A stretch of DNA of 64,000 nt from positions 3,424,001 to 3,488,000 of the forward strand of contig CBDCTK010000002.1 of NCBI GenBank assembly GCA_965222225.1. The letters run 5' to 3'. Below are positions 20,008-29,707 of this stretch, one piece after another. The stretch is from Candidatus Poribacteria bacterium. Lineage in GTDB: Bacteria > Poribacteria > WGA-4E > JAJDTR01. Under the pieces are notes generated by a model. The model made no database searches. It saw nothing but the letters and a program-made list of their open reading frames with translations, and was not told where the DNA came from. How positions within the stretch are numbered: the stretch's first letter is position 1; each line of letters begins with the position of its first letter. The translations under genes and the position numbers were made by a program.

Positions 20008-20356
20008 AAATATTCGAATATCCATGTTTGAAGTTGTGGGCAGCCCTTTCTGTGTTGCTTCGAGTGATGGGCAGAAGATTTGTGACCATCTCACCACCGC
20101 CATCAAAGCGGACCGGGGTATCGCACTCTCATTTCGCAATGTTACGGCGTTGACAGCCGCTTTCCTGAATGCCGCGATTGGACAATTATACGGGATTTTC
20201 AGTGAGGAACAAATACGTTCCCGGTTGAAGGTGGAGGACGTGGGGGCGGATGATTTAGCTTTGTTGAAGCGCGCCGTTGACACCGCGAAGTTGTACTTCA
20301 AGGACCCGGAGAGATTCAATCGAGTAATCCAAGAGATAATGGAAGACGAGGAATGA
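20000..20356 (+). CDS. STAS-like domain protein (DUF4325)
   Basis: DGQKI, LSFRNV, TAAFLNAAIGQLY. Confidence 0.8.
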   Translation: MLENIRISMFEVVGSPFCVASSDGQKICDHLTTAIKADRGIALSFRNVTALTAAFLNAAIGQLYGIFSEEQIRSRLKVEDVGADDLALLKRAVDTAKLYFKDPERFNRVIQEIMEDEE

Positions 20357-20415
20357 GAGTGTGGCGGCAACCTTAGAGATGATACGATGGTGGTTTTGGG
20401 GGTGAAAGCATAAGC

Positions 20416-21804
20416 ATGAAAATAACGTTGAAAAACCTTGGAATTCTGAAACATGCCGAGTTTTCTCTTGGAGATTTGACCATTATCTGCGGTGAAAACA
20501 ACACTGGCAAAACCTATGCTACCTATGCACTGTATGGTTTCTTAGCAGATTGGCGCAAGTTTGTCAATTTTCCGTTGAGTTCAAGGTTAGTTGCAAGCCT
20601 ACTTACGGATGGTGTTCTCACAGTCGCGTTGAAACCATTTGTCGATATGGCGGAACGCATGCTTGTTATAGCATGTAGAAGATATACTACTCGATTAGAC
20701 GATGTTTTTTCGGCAGCTGAGGGACAGTTTAGCAATAGTGAATTTCACCTCCGATTATGCACCTCCAATATACTTGATAAGGAATTGAAAGGCGAGATCG
20801 AAATTACCCAAGAGAGAAATTTTGCCTATTCAAAGAGAAGAGGTAGTGACGAATTAACAGTTACTTTGATGATGGGAAAAGAACAAGAGAAACCAATCAA
20901 TTCAAGTTTGGCGGGCTTTGTAGCCAACGCTATCATCAGCAACGCTATTTTTGCTGATTCTTTTCCTACCCCCTTTATCTCCTCCGCCGAGCGCACCGGT
21001 GTGGCTATTTTTCGGAAGGAACTCAATTTTGCTCGGAACCGTGTCCTTGAAGAAATGGGTCGGACAGACCAAAAGATTGATCCTAGGGAAATCCTATTCA
21101 AAGCGCATCAAAGTTACCCTCAACCAATAGAAGACAATGTGGATTTTATACGCCAACTTGAAGATATTACAAAAAGAGAAAGTTTCATTGCTAAGGAACA
21201 TCCGGAAGTATTGAAAGAGTTTGCAGACATAATCGGTGGCGATTATCAGATATCACAAAATGACCAACTTCATTATACTCCTAAAGGGACCGGGCTCAAA
21301 TTGGCGATGGACCAAAGTTCAAGTGCCGTGCGTTCACTCTTGGACATTGGCTTTTATCTGGGCCACGTGGCTCGGAAGGGCGACCTACTCATGGTAGACG
21401 AACCGGAGTTAAATCTTCATCCAGCCAACCAACGTCGTGTCGCTAGGCTTTTTGCGCGTTTGGTAAATTTAGGCGTTAAGGTCTTCATCACGACCCACAG
21501 CGATTACATAATCAAAGAGTTGAACACGCTCATCATGCTCAATCACGATAAGCCACACCTGAAAAGAATTGCCCAAGAAAACGGTTATCGGGAATCGGAA
21601 CTGATTTCTTCCGACCAAGTTAAGGTCTATATGGCTCGCGAAGAACTAATGCCGCTAGAGGAAAGACAGAAAAGACGGAGAAGGGGGCACACACTAGTGG
21701 AAGCGGATATTGATCCGGTGCTTGGCATTGAAGCCCCAAGTTTTGACAAGACCATAGATGAGATGACCGCTATTCTAGAGGACATTGTGTGGGGCGCGGA
21801 GTAG
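20416..21804 (+). CDS. ABC-type ATPase (AAA_15/AAA_21)
   Basis: GENNTGKT, SAERTG, SSSAVRSL, VDEPELNLHP, TTHS. Confidence 0.85.
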   Translation: MKITLKNLGILKHAEFSLGDLTIICGENNTGKTYATYALYGFLADWRKFVNFPLSSRLVASLLTDGVLTVALKPFVDMAERMLVIACRRYTTRLDDVFSAAEGQFSNSEFHLRLCTSNILDKELKGEIEITQERNFAYSKRRGSDELTVTLMMGKEQEKPINSSLAGFVANAIISNAIFADSFPTPFISSAERTGVAIFRKELNFARNRVLEEMGRTDQKIDPREILFKAHQSYPQPIEDNVDFIRQLEDITKRESFIAKEHPEVLKEFADIIGGDYQISQNDQLHYTPKGTGLKLAMDQSSSAVRSLLDIGFYLGHVARKGDLLMVDEPELNLHPANQRRVARLFARLVNLGVKVFITTHSDYIIKELNTLIMLNHDKPHLKRIAQENGYRESELISSDQVKVYMAREELMPLEERQKRRRRGHTLVEADIDPVLGIEAPSFDKTIDEMTAILEDIVWGAE

Positions 21805-21809
21805 AGAGT

Positions 21810-22391
21810 GTGAATGATATTGAGATATTACAAGACATGCTTTCCTCTGCGGTCAGAGTTCCATTACAACAAGAGGGACAAAATAAGCCTTCCGTCCAAC
21901 TAATCGACGACCAAGCCGCGACAGCAGTAGAAATAAAAGGATTGCCTTATGACTCAATCGTTATCAGAGCGGAGGATTTTGAAAACCCCCTTACCATCTT
22001 TAACGGTTCAAAAGGCGAACGCAAGCGGGCGGATTTCGTGATTGTATCAAATGAGGAGCAAGGAAAATGGATTATCTGCATTGAAACTCAGGCGGGGAAC
22101 GACAAAAGTGAGGGGCATATTATAGCTCAATTAAAAGGAGCACAATGCTTTATCGGTTACTGCAAATGTATAGGCATCTCGTTCTGGGAATCTGTAGAAT
22201 TTCTTGATGGTTACCAGTACCGATTTGTAAGCATGGCAAACATAAACAGCAACAAGGTAACCAAGAAAACGCGTCCCTACTCTCCTCACATACAATCCAA
22301 AGGTGAGTTGCACGACACGCCTGACGATTTTCTGAAATTCTTGCAGAGTCCGAGCCTCTATTTTCGTAAGTTACTTCATGAAGTGTCTTGA
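21810..22391 (+). CDS. Hypothetical protein, possible PD-(D/E)XK-fold partner of the ATPase
   Basis: KRADFVIV...ICIETQ...QLKGA; GTG start 5 nt after the ATPase stop. Confidence 0.6.
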   Translation: MNDIEILQDMLSSAVRVPLQQEGQNKPSVQLIDDQAATAVEIKGLPYDSIVIRAEDFENPLTIFNGSKGERKRADFVIVSNEEQGKWIICIETQAGNDKSEGHIIAQLKGAQCFIGYCKCIGISFWESVEFLDGYQYRFVSMANINSNKVTKKTRPYSPHIQSKGELHDTPDDFLKFLQSPSLYFRKLLHEVS

Positions 22392-22424
22392 CCGCATTCT
22401 CTTGAAGGGATGGCTGATTGTTAA

Positions 22425-22454
22425 CCTTCCAGTCTTCCTCTCTTCCAATCTTCC
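22425..22454. repeat. CTTCC 8-nt-period tandem repeat
   Basis: CCTTCCAGTCTTCCTCTCTTCCAATCTTCC. Confidence 0.7.
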
Positions 22455-22538
22455 GACCGACCAAACAAACAGGTTGTTTGGAAGATAAACCTCAAAACCA
22501 ACACCTGCTTTACACCCATAGGAGGCGCACAAACACGA

Positions 22539-24443
22539 TTGCAATCCAATAGTCAGGGACGATTTATCCGTCCAGTCATCCTCGGAATCATCCTGATACC
22601 GATCAACCTCTATTGGGTTATGCAAGCGGAGACCATCTATCGCCCCGTTTTTTCGACGCTCTTTACGCTCTTTTACAATGTTACGTTCAGTCTCTTTGTC
22701 TTGGTGATACTCAATGCCCTGCTAAAGAGATGTATCCCCAGCATCGCCTTCCACCCAAGTGAACTGCTGATTGTTTACGTGATGCTTTCCATCGCTACGG
22801 CAATTTTTGGGCACGATCTGATGCTGGTGATGATACAAAATCTCTCGGCTTTCTGGTTTGCGACGCCTGAGAATCAGTGGGCAGTCCTTTTCGGGAAGCA
22901 TCTGCCGCACTGGTTGAGCATGGTCGATGAACAAGCGCTCATCGGCTACCAGCACGGAGAATCCACACTCTATAACGAAATAAATCTCAAAGCTTGGCTA
23001 ATACCCGGGGCGTTTTGGGGCGGGTTCCTGATAATATTGCTCCTCGTACTGATCTGCATCAACACCATCGTTAGAAAACAGTGGACAGAAAATGAGAAGT
23101 TAGCTTATCCAATCATCCAACTACCGCTCGAGTTGGCGCGCGGCGGCACCGGACTGCTAGGCAATCGCGGGTTGTGGCTCGGTTTTGCACTCGCCGGCGG
23201 AATGGACATAATAAACGGGGTCCACGGAATCTTTCCGTCATTCCCAGCCCTGAAGCCGACCTACGATGTCACGCCGCTGTTTACCACCAAACCGTGGAAT
23301 GCCATTGGCTGGACACCGGTAGCCGTCTATCCCTTTGTGGTGGGGTTGGGTTACTTTTTGCCGTTAAATCTTTCGTTTTCCGCGTGGTTTTTCCACGTCT
23401 TCTGGAAGTCGGAGCTTATTTTTCGGAATGCGGTAGGAATTTGGAGCGTTCCGGGACCCTACAGGAGCTTTGAGACCGCTGGCGCTTGGATAGTCATCGC
23501 TTTCGTTGCGTTGTGGGGCAGTCGGAAATACCTAAAACAGGTTGCGGCTTGGACAATTCGCGGTCAACCGCCGGAAATCACGGCCGATGAGCCGATGACC
23601 TACCGAACCGCGATTGGGGGAATGCTGGTAGGGGGAGCCATTTTGGTGCTTGCCCTGAGTTACGCCGGAATGACTCCTTGGATAGCGATTCTTTTTCTGT
23701 TAATCTACATTGTCTATGCCGTAGCCATTGCCCGGATTCGAGCAGAGATTGGACCGCCCGCCCATGATGCGGAATGGATAGGGCCCGAAATGATGCTCCT
23801 CAACAGTTTAGGCGCACGAACAGTAGGGCAACGAAACATCGCGCTGTTCAGCCGCACCTACTGGATGAGCCGCGCGTACCGTTCTCACCCCGTCGGTCAC
23901 CAACTGGAAGGCTTCAAAATCGCACAATCCGTTGGGGCGTCGAGTCGTGGCTTTCTGGGAGCAATGGTGATTGCCATCGTCGTCGGCACCATCGCCGGAT
24001 TTTGGGTGTTTCTGGATAGCATGTATCGGCATGGCGCGTTGAATGTCTATCACAATATTTCCAATGAGTCGTTCCGCCGTCTCGAAGTTTGGTTAGAAAA
24101 CCCGCTGGAAGGAAACAATCAAATGCTCATGGATGTCGGGCTAGGTGCGGGCATAACGATTGTGTTGACGCTGCTTCACCAGCGCTTCGTCGGCTTCCCA
24201 TTCCACCCTGTCGGTTATGCCGTCGCCTGTGGATGGGTATTTAGCGTCGCCTGGGCTTCACTTTTTTGTGCATGGCTGATTAAATGGTGCATCCTGCGAA
24301 TCGGTGGAATTCGACTCTATCGGAAGGCAGTCCCCTTTTTTGTGGGCCTCATATTGGGACAGCATGTGATCGGCGGGTTATGGACGATTTTCGGCGAAAT
24401 TCGGGGCGCTCATGTGCATCAGTTCTTTCCCTACGCTTTCTAA
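22539..24443 (+). CDS. Polytopic membrane protein (DUF6785/DUF6784-like, putative transporter)
   Basis: Many TM helices; RKQWTENEKLAYPIIQLP, RIRAEIG, PFHPVGY, PFFVGLILG. Confidence 0.75.
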   Translation: MQSNSQGRFIRPVILGIILIPINLYWVMQAETIYRPVFSTLFTLFYNVTFSLFVLVILNALLKRCIPSIAFHPSELLIVYVMLSIATAIFGHDLMLVMIQNLSAFWFATPENQWAVLFGKHLPHWLSMVDEQALIGYQHGESTLYNEINLKAWLIPGAFWGGFLIILLLVLICINTIVRKQWTENEKLAYPIIQLPLELARGGTGLLGNRGLWLGFALAGGMDIINGVHGIFPSFPALKPTYDVTPLFTTKPWNAIGWTPVAVYPFVVGLGYFLPLNLSFSAWFFHVFWKSELIFRNAVGIWSVPGPYRSFETAGAWIVIAFVALWGSRKYLKQVAAWTIRGQPPEITADEPMTYRTAIGGMLVGGAILVLALSYAGMTPWIAILFLLIYIVYAVAIARIRAEIGPPAHDAEWIGPEMMLLNSLGARTVGQRNIALFSRTYWMSRAYRSHPVGHQLEGFKIAQSVGASSRGFLGAMVIAIVVGTIAGFWVFLDSMYRHGALNVYHNISNESFRRLEVWLENPLEGNNQMLMDVGLGAGITIVLTLLHQRFVGFPFHPVGYAVACGWVFSVAWASLFCAWLIKWCILRIGGIRLYRKAVPFFVGLILGQHVIGGLWTIFGEIRGAHVHQFFPYAF

Positions 24444-24461
24444 ATTGTACTACTTAAATCC

Positions 24462-24482
24462 GTAGGGTGCGCACTACGCACC
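24462..24482 (+). repeat. GTAG REP-like palindrome
   Basis: GTAG GGTGCG CACTA CGCACC. Confidence 0.6.
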
Positions 24483-24505
24483 AGCCTTTGTAAGTGTAAG
24501 CGGCA

Positions 24506-24604
24506 ATCGAGCGAAAGAATAATGAGCGATCAACTGAGTGGTTAACGAACGCGATAGGAGATCTTGGTAGAGTTCCAACAGAGATCGCAAGGCGATGAAA
24601 TCCC
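24506..24604 (+). repeat. Nested GA-hairpin units (inner 24529-24565) plus suffix fragments
   Basis: ATCGAGCGAAAGAATAATGAGCG[ATCAACTGAGTGGTTAACGAACGCGATAGGAGATCTT]GGTAGAGTTCC... Confidence 0.82.
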
Positions 24605-24748
24605 ATAGCTTCTAGGTTGGGTTGAACGTAGTGAAACCCAACTCCAAGCGTGAATCTAGTTCGCTTGGCAAACACCCATGCATACCTTCGGCTAAAATTT
24701 TCATGCCTCCCATTGATAGGGCGGCTAATTCGTGGGAGTTATAACTTG

Positions 24749-26281
24749 ATGGACTACACAACCGACATAGAAAAGACCGAGAAACTAATTGACTCAACCT
24801 TGGCGTTGACGCAGAAATTCCAGAACGATCCACATCGACCGGTCTACCATTTTATGCCGCCGTCAGCGTGGATGAACGACATCAACGGCACAATCTACTG
24901 GGATGGGCGATATCACCTCTTCTACCAGTACAACCCGCAAGCCGCCTACTGGGATCAGATTCATTGGGGGCACGCGTCGAGCACGGATCTCGTCCACTGG
25001 GTGCACCATCCCGTTGCGCTGGCGCCGGGCCCCGACCGCCCTGACCGCATCGGTTGTTTCAGCGGCGGCGCATTCATCAGCAAAGAGGGTGTTCCAACCT
25101 TCATCTACTACGGCTTCCCCGACGGAATCTGTCTGGCGACGAGTCAAGATGACCTGCTTCTCAACTGGACAAAGCATCCCGACAACCCCGTTATCCCGGC
25201 GCCCCAACCGGGCGATCCCGATTTTGGGAAATATAGTGTCCATGATCCGTGCGCTTGGCTTGAAGGCGACACCTATTATGCGCTGCTCAACCGCCACAAC
25301 CCGGAGGGAAAGGGTGATTCGGGATACCTGTTCAAATCAGGAAATCTGACGGAATGGGAATATCTCGGCGAGTTTTACGAATCCTCTAGGGGCTGGACGG
25401 AGGCTGACGAAGACCTTGCCGTGCCCGATTTCTTCCCCTTGGGTGACAAACACATGCTGCTCTTCTGTAGCCATCTTCGTGCCACGCAATATTACCTCGG
25501 TCGTCTGGAAAACGAGCGATTCTACCCCGAATGTCATGCACGAATGAGCTGGCCCGGTGGACATCTCGGCGGTGCAAGGACGCTTCTGGACAATCAGAAT
25601 CGACGTATCTTCTTCGATTGGATTGGCGAGATGGGCGGTGTGGAGCGAGCGCGTGCTGCGGGTTGGTGCGGGGTTATGACGCTGCCGCGGGTGCTCTCTC
25701 TGAACGAAAACAGTACGTTGCGGATTGAGCCGGTGCCCGAGCTGAGCGTGCTCCGCATGAATGAGCGTAGCCATCAAAATCTGCACGTGCAATCCGATTC
25801 AGAGTTAGTCGTCGAAGATATGGCGGGGGACTGTCTGGAATTGGCAATCGACATCTCCTCTGCGGACGCGCGGGAATTCGGTGTGAAAGTGCGTTGCTCT
25901 CCCGATGGCGTGGAGCAGACTACCATCTTCTACGACAGGGCGTCCAAAACGCTGAAGGTAGGTGTCAGGCAGTCAACCTTGGACGATTCCATCCGATACA
26001 TTTACTACCGCACCTCGGAAGCGACGGAGCGGCTGCCCGAGGCGGAACGATTTGTAGCCGCCCAAGCGGCGCCGTTTGAGCTTGCTGCTGGCGAATCGCT
26101 CGAACTTCGGATTTTCCTCGATCGTTCGGTATTGGAAGTGTTTGCCAATCATCGCGAGTGCATCACACAGCGAATCTACCCGACCCGACCCGATAGCACG
26201 GGTGTGCGTCTGTTCTCCAAAGGCGGGAGCGCCCACGTCAGATCCATTCGGGCTTGGGATATGGCACCAACCCACCACTGA
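24749..26281 (+). CDS. Glycoside hydrolase family 32-like protein
   Basis: WMNDING, YHLFYQYNP, HWGHA, FSGG, HDP, LPR, DRSVLEVF. Confidence 0.88.
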   Translation: MDYTTDIEKTEKLIDSTLALTQKFQNDPHRPVYHFMPPSAWMNDINGTIYWDGRYHLFYQYNPQAAYWDQIHWGHASSTDLVHWVHHPVALAPGPDRPDRIGCFSGGAFISKEGVPTFIYYGFPDGICLATSQDDLLLNWTKHPDNPVIPAPQPGDPDFGKYSVHDPCAWLEGDTYYALLNRHNPEGKGDSGYLFKSGNLTEWEYLGEFYESSRGWTEADEDLAVPDFFPLGDKHMLLFCSHLRATQYYLGRLENERFYPECHARMSWPGGHLGGARTLLDNQNRRIFFDWIGEMGGVERARAAGWCGVMTLPRVLSLNENSTLRIEPVPELSVLRMNERSHQNLHVQSDSELVVEDMAGDCLELAIDISSADAREFGVKVRCSPDGVEQTTIFYDRASKTLKVGVRQSTLDDSIRYIYYRTSEATERLPEAERFVAAQAAPFELAAGESLELRIFLDRSVLEVFANHRECITQRIYPTRPDSTGVRLFSKGGSAHVRSIRAWDMAPTHH

Positions 26282-26348
26282 CGCATACATCAACCATTAT
26301 GTTCACCGGTAATACCATTTCGCTGCACACCAAACTCGGTTGACGGGG

Positions 26349-26420
26349 ATCAAGGGAGTGAATAACGACCGATCAACTAACTGGACAAGGAAGGCGATAG
26401 TAAATCCCGATAGAGATCCC
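26349..26420 (+). repeat. Nested GA-hairpin units (inner 26372-26408) inside a CGGGG...CCCCG palindrome
   Basis: ATCAAGGGAGTGAATAACGACCG[ATCAACTAACTGGACAAGGAAGGCGATAGTAAATCCC]GATAGAGATCCC. Confidence 0.9.
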
Positions 26421-26539
26421 CTTGCCCCGCGTTGGAAAGACTCGATTGACGCTATTAATGCACTGTAAATATGGGGAAATCGTATAAATTTCCGTAACAC
26501 AATAGCACGGCAAATCCGCCTCATGAAGGAGAATGACTT

Positions 26540-26956
26540 GTGTTAACCGGATTATGGACAATTGGCATTAAGGTGCCCTCTCTTGAACGGGAATTGGCGT
26601 TCCATCGGCAGATGGGCAACGAAATTGTCCTTGATGAGATTTTGGAACTTGACGGTGAGTCCTTTCGCCTACCCCTGATCGAGATGGGAGACAAATACAT
26701 CCATGTGGCGGAGAAGATGGCATACGAATCTTTCTTGGATGAACCTCTCCCCTACGGCATGACGCACCTGGTTTACATCAGCAATCGCTTTGATGAAGAT
26801 GTCGCCAAAGCCATTGAAAGCGGTGCCGTCGCCTTGAGGGAACCTGCTGAAGTAAAGGCGGAGTTCGGCGAGAGAAGAGTAGCGTTTCTGCGCGCCCCAA
26901 GTGGTTGGATCTTCGAGATCATCGAAATCAAGCGGAATCTAGTTCCCGAGGTCTAA
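26540..26956 (+). CDS. VOC/glyoxalase family protein
   Basis: IGIKVPSLE, GMTHL, AFLRAPSGWIFEIIE. Confidence 0.8.
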   Translation: MLTGLWTIGIKVPSLERELAFHRQMGNEIVLDEILELDGESFRLPLIEMGDKYIHVAEKMAYESFLDEPLPYGMTHLVYISNRFDEDVAKAIESGAVALREPAEVKAEFGERRVAFLRAPSGWIFEIIEIKRNLVPEV

Positions 26957-27008
26957 AAGAGCAAATAGCGACGGAGCACTGACCGATTGGGAAGGCGCTA
27001 GAACTCCC
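26954..27008 (+). repeat. Degenerate nested GA-hairpin units (inner 26975-27008)
   Basis: AGCA CT GA CC GATT GG GA AG GCGCT AGAACTCCC. Confidence 0.65.
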
Positions 27009-27085
27009 ATCACGCATTTATACTGTAAACTACTTCGTTGACTAATACAGAATATGCCAAAATCTGCACAAGCAAGGACAACTCC

Positions 27086-27457
27086 ATGACCGGAACACAG
27101 CAACAAATCACCGAATCATTGATAACCGATCTTCAGAACGGAACCCTCACCGAAGCCCGATTGCGCCAGAAAATCGCTGCTATCGCGACGGAAACGGAAA
27201 AAAAACGCCAGGACATTCTTTATCTACAGGTTGGAACAACATCCCCCGCATCGCAAGTGGTCGGCATGACGTACATAGAGGCCGGTGTCCTCAAAGAAGC
27301 ATCTTCCGACCCAAACGAATGGCAATATCAGACAGTGCTCAACGCCGTTCAGAGCGGTTGGCGGATCATCTCTTTTCCCAACATGGCGCTATTAGCCATG
27401 TCCGACGAAGAATCCTACGGCCTCGGTTTTGAGTTTATTTTGGAACGCTGGAGGTAA
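27086..27457 (+). CDS. Hypothetical protein
   Basis: RBS-like AAGGAC before the ATG; GWRIISFP...EFILERW; abuts the PhyH gene. Confidence 0.7.
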   Translation: MTGTQQQITESLITDLQNGTLTEARLRQKIAAIATETEKKRQDILYLQVGTTSPASQVVGMTYIEAGVLKEASSDPNEWQYQTVLNAVQSGWRIISFPNMALLAMSDEESYGLGFEFILERWR

Positions 27458-27460
27458 ATC

Positions 27461-28306
27461 ATGAAACCATCCGAGATGAAAACCTACGATTGTGAACCAA
27501 CCCTGACCGATTCGCAGGTGGTGGAATTTTGCACGAACGGCTATCTGATGCTTGAGGGTGTGGTATCCGACGAAACCAACCGCCGGTCGATGGACTACTG
27601 CGACGAGTATTCCAATCACGAGCCGAGCGGTATTCTACAACAAGGCTGGTTCGTGGAGGATGTCATCATCAATCCGGTCGCAGCCGGTGCCGTGCGGTCG
27701 CTGTTAGGGACGAACTTTCACTTGCCTATACTGATGAGTAACCACCGCGTTCCCTGTCCGCAGGGCCCCACGCACTGGCACGTAGACGGAAACTACAAGC
27801 ATCAATATGAGTTGAATTTCCTCCAAGTTTTCTACTATCCTCAAGATACGCCAATTGAAATGGGACCGACGCAGGTTCTGCCGGGATCTCACCTGATACG
27901 AAATAAGGCGCGATTCATGTGTCATCTAAGCGGGATTCGTGGAGCAATCTCGACCGCCGCCCCAGCAGGCTCTATTTTTCTCACGGTGTATCACATTTGG
28001 CACCGCCGCGGTCCCTCGACGGCGACGGCCATGCGAAACTTGCTCAAATACTTCTACTGGCGCACAACACCGCCCAAACGCGACTGGGTAATTGAACCGG
28101 ATTTCGACTTTGCGACTGCCCGTTACGGTGGCCCCGGGCAAAACTATTCCGAACAGTTTCGCGATACGGTAAAGGTTGCCGAGACGTTCTTGTGGCTCTG
28201 CGGCAAGCATGAGTCCTTTCGGAATTTGGGCGGACAGAGTTGGCCGCTTCCCGCGAATCGGATTGATCTCCCTTATGGCTTTCCCGAAGGTCTCCCGCAG
28301 CCCTAA
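27461..28306 (+). CDS. PhyH family dioxygenase
   Basis: WHVD, YYPQDTP, GPTQVLPGSH, IWHRR. Confidence 0.88.
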   Translation: MKPSEMKTYDCEPTLTDSQVVEFCTNGYLMLEGVVSDETNRRSMDYCDEYSNHEPSGILQQGWFVEDVIINPVAAGAVRSLLGTNFHLPILMSNHRVPCPQGPTHWHVDGNYKHQYELNFLQVFYYPQDTPIEMGPTQVLPGSHLIRNKARFMCHLSGIRGAISTAAPAGSIFLTVYHIWHRRGPSTATAMRNLLKYFYWRTTPPKRDWVIEPDFDFATARYGGPGQNYSEQFRDTVKVAETFLWLCGKHESFRNLGGQSWPLPANRIDLPYGFPEGLPQP

Positions 28307-28365
28307 ACCGCAAAGAGTCGCTGCTCATATCCACTAGCGTTTGCGCAATGTGGCTCGTATTAGCG

Positions 28366-28435
28366 ATCAACTGAGTGGATAACGAAGGAGCAACTGACCG
28401 ATAGGGAAGGCGGTAGAGATCTCATAGAAATTCCC
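28366..28435 (+). repeat. Nested GA-hairpin units (inner 28389-28423)
   Basis: ATCAACTGAGTGGATAACGAAGG[AGCAACTGACCGATAGGGAAGGCGGTAGAGATCTC]ATAGAAATTCCC. Confidence 0.88.
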
Positions 28436-28480
28436 GTCCGATTGCTATCCCGACAGGTTATGGCAGGTAATAACAGAAAT

Positions 28481-29707
28481 ATGAGAAAATCCCTCCTTAC
28501 GCGATCGAAAATTTCCCTGCCACCAACTATTCAAACAGGTTTTAAGCATATGCTGTGCTTCGCGTTACTGTGTGGTACAATCCTGACAGCGGCAGCGCAA
28601 CCGGAGGTCTCCTATGCGGAAGACCAAGCAGCCCTTCAATTGTACGACGAAGGACTACGTGTCGCTTTTCGCGGCGAAGTAGATGAAGCCATCTCTGCAT
28701 TCAAGCAGGCCGCACTGCTTGACGACACGCTGGCGGATGCGCACGCCTATCTTGGCATGCTATACGGGATTCGTGGTCAGTGGAAGGACGCAATTCAAGC
28801 GTTTCAAGATGCCTTAGAAGCCGATCCCACCTATGTCGAGGTCTATAGTGAGCTTGGAGAAGCCTACCTGAACACGCTTGGCAGCGTTGATCGGGCAATT
28901 TCACCCCTTGAGAAAGCTGTTCAACTCCATCCCCATGACGAACGAGCGAGACGACTGTTGGGCACGGCATATCTCCGCATGAATCGGATTGATGAGGCAA
29001 AACACGAACTCCAAAAAGCCCTTGAACTCAATCCCTCTGACGCGGACGCCATTTACAACCTTGGTCTAGCCTTTTTTCGCCAAGGGAAATTCCAAGCGGC
29101 GAGTTTGCGCTTTAAGCAACTGCTAGAACACAACCCCCTCCATGCTCAAGCGCATTTCAACCTGGGAAATTGCTTGGCTCGTACCGGGGAGCGAGCCGGA
29201 GCCAATAGAATCCTCCAAACCTTTGAGAAACTCCGAATCCAAGAAGAGCAAATTAAGCAGCTCGACCGAATGGTCGGTCGTCAGCCAAATAACCCGGATG
29301 TTTGGCGTCAGTTAGGTCTGCTTCGCTTGGAGCGCCGTGAGTGGGACAACGCGATTACGGCGCTTGAAAAATGCATCGGGCTGGCACCGCAGGAAACTAG
29401 ATGTCAGGAAGCTCTCGGTTTCCTCTATGCCCAACTCAAGGACTACGAAAAGGCGCACGAGATATACAAGCAGCTTGTTCGTAGCCGTCCCGATGTCCCG
29501 GAATATCGACACAGCCTTGGTCTCGTTCACTACATGCTGGCAGATTACTCTCAAGCCATAGAGCAGTTTCAAGCATCAATTCGTCTGGCGCCGTCCAAAC
29601 CCCGATTCCGCGCGAGTTTAGCCAATGCCTACAAACTCGCGGGAGACGAAGCCAAAGCGGCAGAAGAATATCAACGCTACCAAGAGTTGCAGTCCCAAGA
29701 GAAATGA
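28481..29707 (+). CDS. Tetratricopeptide repeat protein (start uncertain, 28442-28550)
   Basis: About ten TPR motifs (AHAYLG, AIYNLG, AHFNLG); signal-peptide-like segment. Confidence 0.88.
   Translation: MRKSLLTRSKISLPPTIQTGFKHMLCFALLCGTILTAAAQPEVSYAEDQAALQLYDEGLRVAFRGEVDEAISAFKQAALLDDTLADAHAYLGMLYGIRGQWKDAIQAFQDALEADPTYVEVYSELGEAYLNTLGSVDRAISPLEKAVQLHPHDERARRLLGTAYLRMNRIDEAKHELQKALELNPSDADAIYNLGLAFFRQGKFQAASLRFKQLLEHNPLHAQAHFNLGNCLARTGERAGANRILQTFEKLRIQEEQIKQLDRMVGRQPNNPDVWRQLGLLRLERREWDNAITALEKCIGLAPQETRCQEALGFLYAQLKDYEKAHEIYKQLVRSRPDVPEYRHSLGLVHYMLADYSQAIEQFQASIRLAPSKPRFRASLANAYKLAGDEAKAAEEYQRYQELQSQEK

Noticed and set aside
18460-21804. Naming the ATPases Gabija, Septu or PARIS
   Set aside because: No UvrD or HNH partner is visible, and assignment needs HMM searches.
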